Assembly: GCF_963921235.1 (NCBI RefSeq)
Contig: NC_086108.1
Span: forward strand, 51,462,001 to 51,526,000
DNA: 64,000 bases
Origin: Mobula hypostoma
Lineage: Eukaryota
Direction of reading: 5' to 3'
Position 1 is the stretch's first letter, and each line of letters starts with the position of its first letter. The position numbers and the translations under genes were made by a program. This document shows, in pieces, positions 50,320 to 64,000 of the stretch. Below the pieces are notes generated by a model. It was not told where the DNA came from, searched no databases, and was given only the letters and a program-made list of their open reading frames with translations.

Positions 50320-50960
50320 GGCTCCCTATATTCAGTCCACATGACCTCATTCCTTTCTCTCCTTTTGTACTATATGACAATATAGATACTGAAAGCTGTT
50401 CACCCTCTCTCTTGAGAATGTCCTGTGGCTGCCCCATGGCATCCTGGACCTTGGCACCAGGAAGGTCACACCATTCCACAGTCCCTTTTCCAGTCACAGT
50501 ATTTCCTGTCCACTCCCCCCACCCCACCAACTATCAAATACCCAATCATCAAACTGCTTGCTTCACCCCACTCTGCTGAGCCTCAAGGCCAGTCCAGATG
50601 CCACAGACCTGGCTACAGCTGCCTTTTCTGAAAGGACATTCCCCCCCCAACCGTATCCAAAATGGTATACTTATTTTCCAGTGGAATGGCCACAGGTGAA
50701 TCCAGCACCATCTGCCTACTCCCTTCTGCTCTCCTAGTGGTTGCCCAACTGCATTCTCCATGTATCTTAGGTGTGCCTACCTCACTAAACTCATATCTGT
50801 GATACTCTCAGCATCTCAGATGATCCTGAGTGTGCCCAGCTCCTACTCCATTTGTAGCTGGACACCCTTCCCACAGGTGTCGTCCTCAAGGACACTGAAA
50901 GTAACCCAGATCTCTCACGTCCTGCAGGGTGAGCATGCAGTTGCCATAAAGGCCAACTGA
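50320..50960 (-). mobile_element. CR1 ORF1 fragment
   Basis: CDLPGAKVQDA..QDILKREGEQ, homologous to 15700-16600. Confidence 0.65.
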
Positions 50961-51590
50961 ATGCTCCAATACTAAAAAGGAAATTCAAGGAACTTTACCT
51001 GTACCCCTGCTCATTGAAGCTTCATGAGCTAAAGCCTCTTAATATCCATTCAAACACTGGTTCACTCTCACAATGGTCTCTTCACAACAGTCATTCTACA
51101 ATATCTATGAGTTTTCTATGTTCATGAAGCTAATAGATGGTCTGAACTAGGACCAGGCTAAGATAGAAGCCTTGAGGGACTACCACGTTGCTACATGCAG
51201 GTAATTTTAAAGAGTCTTAATGATCCCACAGATGCTTATACCTTGAACCTACATGAACAGATGGATCAATACATTTTAACCAAGGCGAGGCTAGAGGATC
51301 AGAATAATGATAGCCAAGTTACATGCAATGAAAACCGTCCAGGGACATGAGGTCCAAGTCACAAAGGGTCATCTGCGGTACAAAGGGAGTTATGATGTCA
51401 AGGTCTGTATGTGCAGGCGTATGCGTGTGTAAGGCAAGAAAATGAGAACCATTAAGAAAATGTTTACTTGAAATTACTCGTATTGGGTTTGTGGTTCTTG
51501 GAAATATTTTGCAGATTATAAATGTAATTAGTATGGCAACAGAATTATAGTTCATGTTAAGTTTGTAAATTACAATTAATGTGGAGAAAC

Positions 51591-52038
51591 TGTATTAGTG
51601 GCCGTGCTTAAATAAATTAATTCATTAGTACAAGATGTGAGATTTGCCTTATGTGGTGTATTACAGGAGCCATTTATTGAGTATATTGGCTTCAGAGGTA
51701 CTCACTGTTGAATCGTTAAGCCTAGTTTATATTGTCTCGGTATAGGTTATGTTTAGCTAAATTTGTAGTTGTAAATAATTACTTAAATAATTTTATATGC
51801 ATTTACTGTAAGTAGTTAGAAATTAAGCAGCAAGTGTCATGAGCATAATTTTTACGGGAATAAGCAGTATTATACTGTATATATTGTAGGTGTATCCTGT
51901 TAATAATTGTATTTGCCAGCTGGTATGATGTCTCATACATTGTTACATCAATCATTGTAGTAAGCTTTGAAAGCTATTCATCATCAATAAAAGGTGTATG
52001 GCTGCAAGTTCTATCTTCATTATTTCCTTTGTAAACAT
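51591..52038 (+). mobile_element. Possible old Gypsy-type LTR
   Basis: Purine-rich gtggagaaac before tgtattag, AATAAA at 51986, ends gtaaaca. Weak evidence. Confidence 0.3.
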
Positions 52039-55000
52039 CAAATAGAGAAGAAGCTATAGATTCTACCGTCTCAATCATTTTTGCTCGCCTAACAAAGAGA
52101 ACTGAAACATTGGGGCATACAGGAACAATTTGAAGATACCCCACAAGCCTGTGCTTGAACTCAGGTAATCACATTGCTGTGTTTACTATATCCCAGCTAG
52201 AATGATGAAACTTGTCAACACAATATGCCTATTGTGTTCGGCAAGCAAATTGGAAGATAATTCAAAAATTTAGAGTCCATATCAAGTTAATCAAAAATGA
52301 CTAAGAAACTCTCTTTGCAGAATATTTGTTTTATTAGTTCTTTTCAGACATCATATCATTGGCTAATGCTTATCTTGTCAGGTTTAAGTTATACAGTGCA
52401 AGCTATCTTTTTATTTATTGTGAGGCTTAATCCTATATCAATTCTCAAATGGATACAATAAAAATATATTAATTTGAAATGATAATATTTCATTTCACTT
52501 TTCCCAGCCCATTCAATTGGAAAGAAGAAGATTCTAAACTCATCGGTTTAGAGACAGTATGTTTCATTAAAAGTAGTCAACATTCGATTTCTCAGCCAGC
52601 CTAAAAAGGCAATGCTGATTAGTCTTCTGCCCAAGAAGGGCTTGATAGAATTTTATCTTTACATGTAATGGGCTATTTGCTCAGCAAAGACTTAGATAGT
52701 GGTTGCCCAACACCGCTAAAGCCCAGGCATGTTATAAATGTTCACCACTTTTACTGGCATCTGGAATTCATGTACAAAACTGCCTAAAAATGCTACAAGA
52801 TTTATGTCCCAATGAAGAATTAAGCAGTTGAACTGAGAATAATTGGATCCCATATGGGAACAAGATGGACAGATTCCCTTTTTATATTTAGCAATGATTG
52901 CCTGTTCCAGTAGATTAAAGAACAGTAAAAAAAAACTAGATCCATAAAGGGTGGGATATTTCTGGCATACAGGTTTTGAAAAATTATGTGCCATTTTTTT
53001 AACGTGCCAGATAAGAATGCTTCATCACCAAAATTATTTTGTGCATACCTTGAATGCAAGCAAACCATTCCATAAAAAGTTACCTAAGAAATTTCAAAGT
53101 TAAGGCCCTTGGGGGTTATGCTGTATCTACATAACATTGGTCTTGAATTTCCTTTTGTCTTTTTTTGCACAAGACTATTTGAATTATCCCAAAGGAGGTA
53201 AATACATTCATGCCCTGCAGAATTCCAAATTACATCTCTTGATCTGTTGCCTTAAACTTTCCTTCACTGTGTAACTAAATCCATGATTCTGCAATCATTT
53301 TGGGATTTTATTACTGGGTTAACAGTTGTCAGAGAACAAGACGAAAAAATAAAACCTAATGAATAGCAGAAGCAGGAATGCTGGAAAATGCTGACTGTCA
53401 ATCCACATTTGAAGTAAATTAGATTAGCATGCCGTCTGTAACTTCATTAGAAATAATTCCCAACATTGAATAATAGAAAATATGGAAAGAGAAAAAAAGT
53501 GATGGCTTTAAGCTAAAAGTGAATTTCTTTTGATGACTAATATCATAGGGAAGCAGAAGAAATAAGACGTACGACGGATAAATGTTGCGGGGAGATGGGA
53601 ACAGAAGTGATAGGTCAGATGATGAAGCATTTGGTTTAATGGTAGATGCAATGTGTAGAGACAGTAAGGAAGGATGGGCAGTGGTCAGAGCATGATCTTG
53701 GTCAGTTGGATGGGTTGAAATATGTTTACTTTTATGCGAGAAGAATGAAGAACAAGGGTGATGAACTTAGAGCATGGAACAGTATATGGCACTATGATGT
53801 TTACAGGGATGTGGCAGGAACAGCTGCTGGATTCTCCATGGGTTAGATGTTTCAAAAGGGACAGGGAGAGATGTAAAAGAGGTGAGGGAGTGACATTGCT
53901 AATCAAAGATAGTATCACAGCTGACATCTGGAACTCATGTAAAAAACTGCCTAAAAATGCTACAAGATTTATGTCCCACTGAAGAATTCAGCAGTTGAAC
54001 TGAGTCCTGGATCCCATATGGGAAATGAGTGGACAGATTCCCTTTTTATATTTAGCAATGATTGCCTGTTCCAGTGAATCAAACAACATAGAAAAAGTAG
54101 ATCCATAAAGGGTGGGATATCTCCAGTATAATGGAGGACCTCATGGAGGGATCACCTACTGAGTCAGTATGGGTGGAAGCCAGAAACAGAAAGAGAAATC
54201 ACTCTATTGAGAGTATTCTATAGACTCCCCAGTAGCAACAGGGACATTAAGGAGCTTAATGGTAGGCAGAATTAACAGGGTTGTTGTCAGGGGTGACTTC
54301 AATTTCCCTAATATTGATTGGCACCTCCTCAGTGCAAGAGGTTCAGATGGGGCATAATTTGTTAGATGTGTCCAAGAAGGAAGTCTGATCCAATATGTGA
54401 ACAGGCTGACTAGAAAAGAGTCCATACTGGATCTAGTACTAGGCAATGAACCTGGGGAGGTGACATTTCTCTTGGTGTGTGAGCAGTTCAGAGATAGTGA
54501 CCAGAAATCCCTGACCTTTAAGATGGCTTTGAACAGGGTTAGGAGCAAAGTGTATGGGAAAGAATTTAATTATGTAAAGTTAATTATGGTGCTATTAGGC
54601 AATAACTTGGGAACATAAACTGGGAACAGATGTTCTCATGGAAACGCACAACATAAATGTGGAAGTTGCTTAGGGATCACTTGCATGGGGTTTTGTTAGG
54701 TTTGTCCAATTGAGGCAGGGAAGGGATGGTAGGGTGAAGGAATCATGGTGGACAAGATAAGTGGAACTTTTAGTTAAGGGGATGAAGGAAGCATACTTAT
54801 CATTTCAGAAGCAAAGATTAGACGGGGCTGTTTAGAGTTATGAGGTAGCCACGAAGGAGCTTAAAAAGGTACTTGGGCAAGTATGGTTAAAGAAAACGTA
54901 AGCTATTCTACACATACATAAAGAACAGGAGAATGACTAGAGTGAGGGTCAGACTGATCAGTGATAAAAGAGAAAACATGTGCCTGGAGTCATAGGGCAC

Positions 55001-55399
55001 AGGGGACGTCCTTATTGAATTCTTTGCTTCAGTATTCATCACTGGGGAACGTGAGCTCAGTGTAGAACAAACTGAAGTGCTGGACATGTCAAGGTTAAGA
55101 AAGAGGATGTGTTGGAACTTCTGAAAAGTGTAAAGATAGATAAATATCCCACGCCGGACTGGATATACTCATATTTAGCACAAAGCGAGGGAAGAGATTG
55201 CCTTGCCATTGGCAATGATGTTTACATCCTCACTGACAATAGGAGTAGTACCAGAATAGAGAATGCAACATGTTACTCCTTTATTCAAGAAGGTAATCAG
55301 GTTAATCCTGGGAATTATAGACCAATGGGTCTTACATCAATGGTGGGAAAACTATTGGAGAGGATTCATGAACATTTGGAGAAGCGCAGTCTGATTAGG

Positions 55400-57374
55400 C
55401 GCAAACAACAGGAATTCTGCAGATGCTGGAAATTCAAGCAACACACATCAAAGTTGCTGGTGAACGCAGCAGGCCAAGCAGCATCTGTAGGAAGAGGTGC
55501 AGTCGACGTTTCAGGCCGAGACCCTTCGTCAGGTCTAACTGAAGGAAGAGAGAGTAAAGGATTTGAAAGTTGGAGGGGGAGGGGGAGATCCAAAATGATA
55601 GGAGAAGACAGGATGGGGAGGGATAGAGCAGAGAGCTGGACAGGTGATAGGCAAAAGGGGATACGAGAGGATCATAGGACAGGAGGTCCAGGAAGAAAGA
55701 CAACGGGGGGGGGCACCCAGAGGATGGGCAAGAGGTATATTCAGAGGGACAGCTTACACGGATAAGTACCAGGAGGGAGATCAGTGGGGAGGGATGGAGG
55801 GGATGAATGGACAAGGGAGTTGTGTAGGGAGCGATCCCTGCGGAATGCAGAGACGGGGGGGAGGGAAAGATGTGCTTAGTGGTGGGATCCCGTTGGAGGT
55901 GGCGGAAGTTACAGAGAATAATATCCAACTTTCACCCTGCCCTCAAGTTTACCTGGTTCTAACTTCCACCCTGCCCTCAAGTTTACCTGGTTCCAACTTT
56001 CACCCTGCCCTCAAGTTTACCTGGTCCATTTCCGACACCTCCCTCCCCTTTCTAGATCTTTCTGTCTCTGTCTCTGGAGACAGCTTATCCACTGATGTCT
56101 ACTATAAGCCTACTGACTCTCACAGCTATCTGGACTATTCCTCTTCTCACCCTGTCTCTTGCAAAAACGCCATCCCCTTCTCCCAATTCCTCCGTCTCCG
56201 CCGCATCTGCTCTCAGGATGAGACTTTTCATTCTCGGACGAGGGAGATGTCTTCCTTTTTTAAAGAAAGTGGCTTCCCTTCCTCCATTATCAACTCTGCT
56301 CTTAAACGCATCTCCTCCATTTCACGTACATCTGCTCTCACTCCATCCTCCCGCCACCCCACCAGGAGTAGGGTTCCCCTGGTCCTCACCTACCACCCCA
56401 CCAGCCTCCGGGTCCAACATATTATTCTCCGTAACTTCCGCCACCTCCAACGGGATCCCACCACTAAGCACATCTTTCCCTCCCCCCCCGCATTCCGCAG
56501 GGATCGCTCCCTACACAACTCCCTTGTCCATTCGTCCCCCCCCATCCCTCCCCACTGATCTCCCTCCTGGCACTTATCCGTGTAAGCGGAACAAGTGCTG
56601 CACATACCCTTACACTTCCTCCCTTACCACCATTCAGGGCCCCAAACAGTCCTTCCAGGTGAAGCAACACTTCACCTGTGAGTCGGCTGGGGTGATATAC
56701 TGCGTCCGGTGCTCCCGATGTGGCCTTTTATATATTGGCGAGACCCGACGCAGACTGGGAGACTGCTTTGCTGACATCTATGCTCTGTCCGCCAGAGAAA
56801 GCAGGATCTCCCAGTGGCCACACATTTTAATTCCACATCCCATTCCCATTCTGACATGTCTATCCACGGCCTCTTCTACTGTAAAGATGAAGCCACACTC
56901 AGGTTGGAGGAACAACACCTTATATTCTGTCTGGGTAGCCTCCAACCCCTTGGCATGAACATTGACTTCTCTAACTTCCGCTAAGGCCCCACCTCCCCCT
57001 CGTACCCCATCTGTTACTTATTTTTATGCACACATTCTTTCTCTCACTCTCCTTTTTCTCCCTCTGTCCCTCTGAATATACGTCTTGCCCATCCTTTGGG
57101 TCACCCCCCGTTGTCTTTCTTCCCGGACCTCCTGTCCCATGATCCTCTCGTATCCCCTTTTGCCTATCACCTGTCCAGCTCTTGGCTCCATCCCTCCCCC
57201 TCCTGTCTTCTCCTATCATTTTGGATCTCCCCCTCCCCCTCCAACTTTCAAATCCCTTACTCACTCTTCCTTCAGTTAGTCCTGACGAAGGATCTCGGCC
57301 TGAAACGTCGACTGCACCTCTTCCTACAGATGCTGCTTGGCCTGCTGCGTTCACCAGCAACTTTGATGTGTGTT
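55400..57374 (+). mobile_element. Penelope-like element with inverted 5' copy of its 3' end
   Basis: 14-bp TSD gcagtctgattagg at 55386-55399 and 57375-57388. 55400-55925 is inverted; 55926-57374 is sense with PFLDL, YKPTDSH and GIY-YIG (VIYCVRC..LYIGET). Confidence 0.92.
57278..57313 (+). ncRNA. Minimal type I hammerhead ribozyme motif (Penelope-associated)
   Basis: agtc-CTGACGA-a-ggatctcggcct-GAAAC-GTC-gact: stem I agtc/gact, conserved cores, palindromic acgt stem III. Confidence 0.8.
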
Positions 57375-59411
57375 GCAGTCTGATTAGGGATAGTTTGCAT
57401 GTCTTTTATGAGGGGCAGGCCATGCCTCACAAGCCTGGTTGACTTCTTCAAGGAAGTGACAAGACAAATTGATGAAGGTAGAGTAATGAATGTGCTGTAT
57501 AAGGGTTTTAATAAGGTGTTCGAAAACCTTCTCTATGGTAGGCTCAATCAGAAAGTCAGGAGGCATAGGATCCAGGGAAACTTGGCTGCATGGATTCAGA
57601 ATTGGCTTACACAAAGATGGCAGAGGATGATAGGAAACGGAGAATATTCTGCCTGGAGGTCTGTGACTAGTGGTGCTTCGCAAGGATCTGTTCTGGGACC
57701 TCTGTTCTTTGTGATGTTTATAAATGACTTGGATGAGGAAGTGAAAGGTGGGTTAGTATGTTTGCAGATGACATGAAGGGTTGGTAAAGTTATGGATAGT
57801 GTGGAGGGTTGTCATAAGTTGCAAAGGGACATTGACCAGTTACTGAGTTGAGCTGAGAAGCGGCAGATGGTGTTCAATCCAAAAAAGTATGAAGTGATAC
57901 ACTTTGGAAGATTGAACTTGACAGCAGAGTGCAAAGTTAATGGCAAGATTCTATTGATCCCTCAAAGTTGCTGTGCAAGTTGGTAGGGTAGTTAAGAAGA
58001 CATATGGTGTGTGGTCTTCATTAGTTGAGGTTTGAGTTCAAGGGCCATGAGGTAATTTTGCAGCTCTCCAAGACCCAAATAAGGCCACACTTAGACTATG
58101 ACGTTCACTTTTGTTTGCTTCCTTACAGAAAGAATATGGAAGTTTTAGAGAGAGTGCAGGGGAGTTTTACCAGGCTACAGCCTGAATTAGAGAATATGTC
58201 TTATGAGAGAAGTAGCAACCTAGTGCTTTTCGCTTTGAAGCAAAGGAGGATGAGCGGCGACTTTCTAGAGGTGTATAAAATGATAAGAGGCATAGATAGG
58301 AGTGGACAGCCAACACCTTTTTACCAGGGAAATAATGGCTAATACAAGAGGACATATTTTAAAGATGGTTGGAAGAAGGTATCAGAGGTAGGGGGTGGTG
58401 AAATAGATAGATTCATTAGGGAGATTTACAAGACTCTTAGGTTGGTACATGGATGAAATAAAAATGGAGGGCTATGTGGGAGAGAAGGGTTAGATTCATC
58501 TCGGAATGGGTTAAAAGTCGGAACAACATTGTGGGCCTAAGGGCATGTACTATGCTGTATTGTTCCATGTTTTCAAAATGTAAATAGACCTCTACAACGT
58601 AGACAAATCTTGCTGCCAACTTGTTGAGCCCTAGGCCCCAGACTCAACCTTGCTCTATTCTTCTATAGTTGAATAGTTGGACCATGCCTTTTTAAAAATC
58701 TATTGAAGGTTTACCGATGTTGTAATGTTCCAAGTTTATCTTTTGCAAATACTTAATCTGTTTTATGTCTTAATCTCTTCTCTATTTTGATATGTTATCA
58801 TACGTCATCAAAAAAGACACCATAAGGGCTGTTTTCCTCGAAAATCATCCATTTTGCAATTTCCGTAACACCAATCCTTTCTTACTCCCATTGAATCCCA
58901 TGTTATAAATGGAGATATGTTCCTGCAGGAAGTTTGACACTTGACAGTAATGTCACAATGGATTCACAGTCTATGAGCAAATGAATTTTGATTGTCTTGT
59001 CTTGTGTCTTGTGCCTAAGAGCTGTTATTGTAATTAATTAGAGATGGACATTACATGTTTGACCAAATTATACAAATATCAACAGAAAAGTTGCCTTGTC
59101 AAAAAAGGTAGCGAAAACAACACTCAAAGTGTATATTGCAATGCATAGAGTATAAGAAATAAGATGGATGATCTGTTACACTATTACAGATTGTCAGGTA
59201 TGATGTTGTGGCCATCAGTAAATCATGGCTGAAGGATGCTTGTAGTTGGGAGCTCTAAGTCCAAGGTTATGTGTTGTATTGGAGGGATAGGAAGGTCAAC
59301 AGAGGGGGTGGTGTGGCTCTGCTGGTAAAGAATGGCATCAAATCAGTGGAAAGATGTGACAGGATTGGAAGATGTTGAATCCTTGTGGGTTGAGCTAAGA
59401 AACTGCAAGGG

Positions 59412-61643
<2,232 letters not shown>

Positions 61644-64000
61644 TGTAAGGGTAAAAGGACCCTGACAGCAGTTATATACAGGCCTCCCAAGTGGACCACA
61701 GATTACAACAGGAAATAGAAAAGGCATGTGAAAAGGCCAATGTTATGATAGTCATACGAGATTTTAACATGTAGGTTTGATTGGGAAAATTAGGCTGGTA
61801 ATGGATCTCAAGAGGGCGAGTTTGCTAAATGCCTATGAGATGTCTTTTCAGAGGAGTATGTTGTTGCACTTACTAGAGGATCAGCTATATTTGATTGGGA
61901 GCTATGTAATAAACCAGAGGTGATTAGGGAGCTTAAGGTAAAAGAGCCGTTAAGAGCCAGTGATCATAATATGATTGAGTTCAACTTGAAATTTGACAGG
62001 GAGAAAATAAAGTCTGACGTAGCAGTATTTCAGTTGAGTCAAGGAAATTACAATAGTATGAGAGAGGAGTTGGCCAAAGTAAATTAGAGGGAGCTGCTGG
62101 CTGGGATGACAGCAGAGGAGCAATGGCATGACTTTCTGGGGAAAATGAGAAAGGTGCAGGACAGATGTATTCCAAAATGAAGAAATACCCAAATGGCAAA
62201 ATCGTACAACGTGGCAGACAAGGAAAGTCAAAGCTAATGTAAAAACAAAAGAGAGAGCATACAACAAAGCAAAAATTAGCGGGAAGATAGAGGATTGGGA
62301 AGCTTTTAAAAACCTACAAAGAGCAACTAATGGAATCATTAGAAGGGAAAAGATGAAATGTGAAAACAATATGAAAGTGAATTGTAAAGCCTTTTTCAAG
62401 TAGATATATAAAAGAAGAAAGATGAGAGTGGATATAGGACCACTAGAAAATGAGGTCGGAGGAATAATAATGGGGGAACAAGGAGATGGTAGATGAACTA
62501 AACGAGTATATTGCATCATGGAAGACACTACAGATGTTGTACTATGTGTAGTCAGTTGTTGTAGTATGTGAAGGAAGAGAAGTGAATGCAGTTACCATTA
62601 CAAGGGAGAAAGTGCTCAAAAGACCTAAAGGTACTCAAGTCATCCAGACCAAATGAACTGCACCCTAGGGTGCTGAATGGGGTAGTGTTAGAGATTGTGG
62701 AGGCATTAGAAATGATCTTTCAAAAATCTTTGGTCTCTGGCATGGTGCCAGAGGACTGGAGAATTGCATATGTCACTCCACTCTTTAAGAAAGGAGGGAG
62801 ACAACAGAAAGGAAATTATAGACAAGTTAGCTTGACTTCAGTGATGGGGAGGATGTTGGAATCAATTGTCAAGGATGAGGTTCTGGAATACTTGGTGACA
62901 CAGGGCAAGATAGGACAAGGTCAGATGGTTTCCTTAAGGAAAAATCTTGCCTGACGAACCTATTGAAATTCTTTGAGGAGATTATAAGCAGGATAGATAA
63001 AGGGGATGCAGTGGATGTTGTATATTTGGATTTTCAGAAGGCCTTTGACAAGGTGCCACACAGGAGGCTGCTTACCAAGTTAGGAGACCATGATATTACA
63101 GGAAAGTTTTAACATGGCTAGAGCAAGAAAGTGCAATGTTGGAAAATGCATGGACATACTTTGGAAGAAGAAAGAAATAAGAAACTATTTTCTAAACAGG
63201 GAGAAAATCCAAAAATCTGAGATGCAAAGGGACTTGGGAGTCCTTGAGCAGAACACTCTAAAGGTTAACTTGCAGGTTGAGTTGGCGGTGAGGAAGGCAA
63301 ATGCAGTGTTAGCATTCATTTCAAGAGGTCTAGAACATAAGAGCAGGGATGGGATGCTGAGGATTTAAAGACACTGGTGAGGCCTCAGCTTGCGTATTGT
63401 GGACAGTTTTGGACTCCTCATCTAAGAAGAGATGTGCTGGCATTGGAGAGGGTCCAGAGGCGGTTCACTAGGATGATTCCAGGAATGAAAGGGTTATCAT
63501 ACGAGGAACATTGGAATGCACTGGGTCTGTATTTGCTGGAATTTAGAAGGATGAAGGGGGATCTCATTGAAACCATTTGAATGTTGAAAGGCCTAGACAA
63601 AGTAGATGTGGAAAGGATGTTTCCCATGGTGGGAGAGTCTAGGACAAGAAGGCACAACCTCAGGATAGAGAGGTGTCCATTTAAAACAGAGATGTGGAGA
63701 AATTTCTTTAGCCAGAGAATGGTGAATTTGTGGAATTTGTTACTAGAGGCAGCTGTGGAGGCCAGGTTTTTGGGTGTATTTAAGGCAGAGATTGATAGGT
63801 TCTTGATTGGACACAACATCAAAGGTTGCAGGGAAAATGCCGGGAAATGGGGTTGAGGAGGGGAAAAAGGGATCAGCTATGATTGAATGGTGGAGCAGAT
63901 TCGATGTGCCAAATGGCCTAATTCTGCACCTACGTCTTATTTTGTGTGTGTTACTTAAACATAAATATTGCTGATTTTAGGCAAATTTCTTCTTGAACAG

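Larger units (their letters stand above)
53520..58570 (+). mobile_element. Long degenerate CR1 ORF2, interrupted at 53921-54130 and 55400-57374
   Basis: APE peptides (ARRMKNKGDEL, ILDLVLGNEPG), RT (QGSVLGPL) and 3' tail. Confidence 0.85.

Noticed and set aside
55109..56958. Long ORFs of 218, 304 and 287 aa as host genes
   Set aside because: Chimeras of CR1, inverted Penelope and sense Penelope frames.
63965..64000. Splice-acceptor-like window end (ctgat...tttcttcttgaacag)
   Set aside because: Plausible but cannot be tested without downstream sequence; such motifs arise by chance.

Overview
Repeat-dense vertebrate nuclear DNA with no recognisable host exon, so probably intronic or intergenic. 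The repeat mix (HE1-like V-SINEs, abundant CR1/HER1-like and Rex1/Babar-like LINEs, Penelope elements) points to a cartilaginous fish, probably a ray; this is an inference. Most of the window is nested transposable elements: CR1 LINEs (one nearly full length), Rex1-like fragments, Penelope-like elements with minimal hammerhead ribozymes, three hAT relics, an intact DD34E Tc1 transposon, solo LTRs and an env-less ERV 3' end. Two things the ORF track does not show stand out. (1) A fragmented endogenous foamy-like (spumaretrovirus) provirus at about 20.3-27.4 kb, with RNase H, integrase (one piece inverted) and Env-TM remnants, split by younger TEs. (2) An intronless RBM25 mRNA fragment fused directly to a Gypsy integrase tail, PPT and LTR at 34.1-35.7 kb. 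All homology calls are by-eye comparisons with recalled reference proteins, not database searches.
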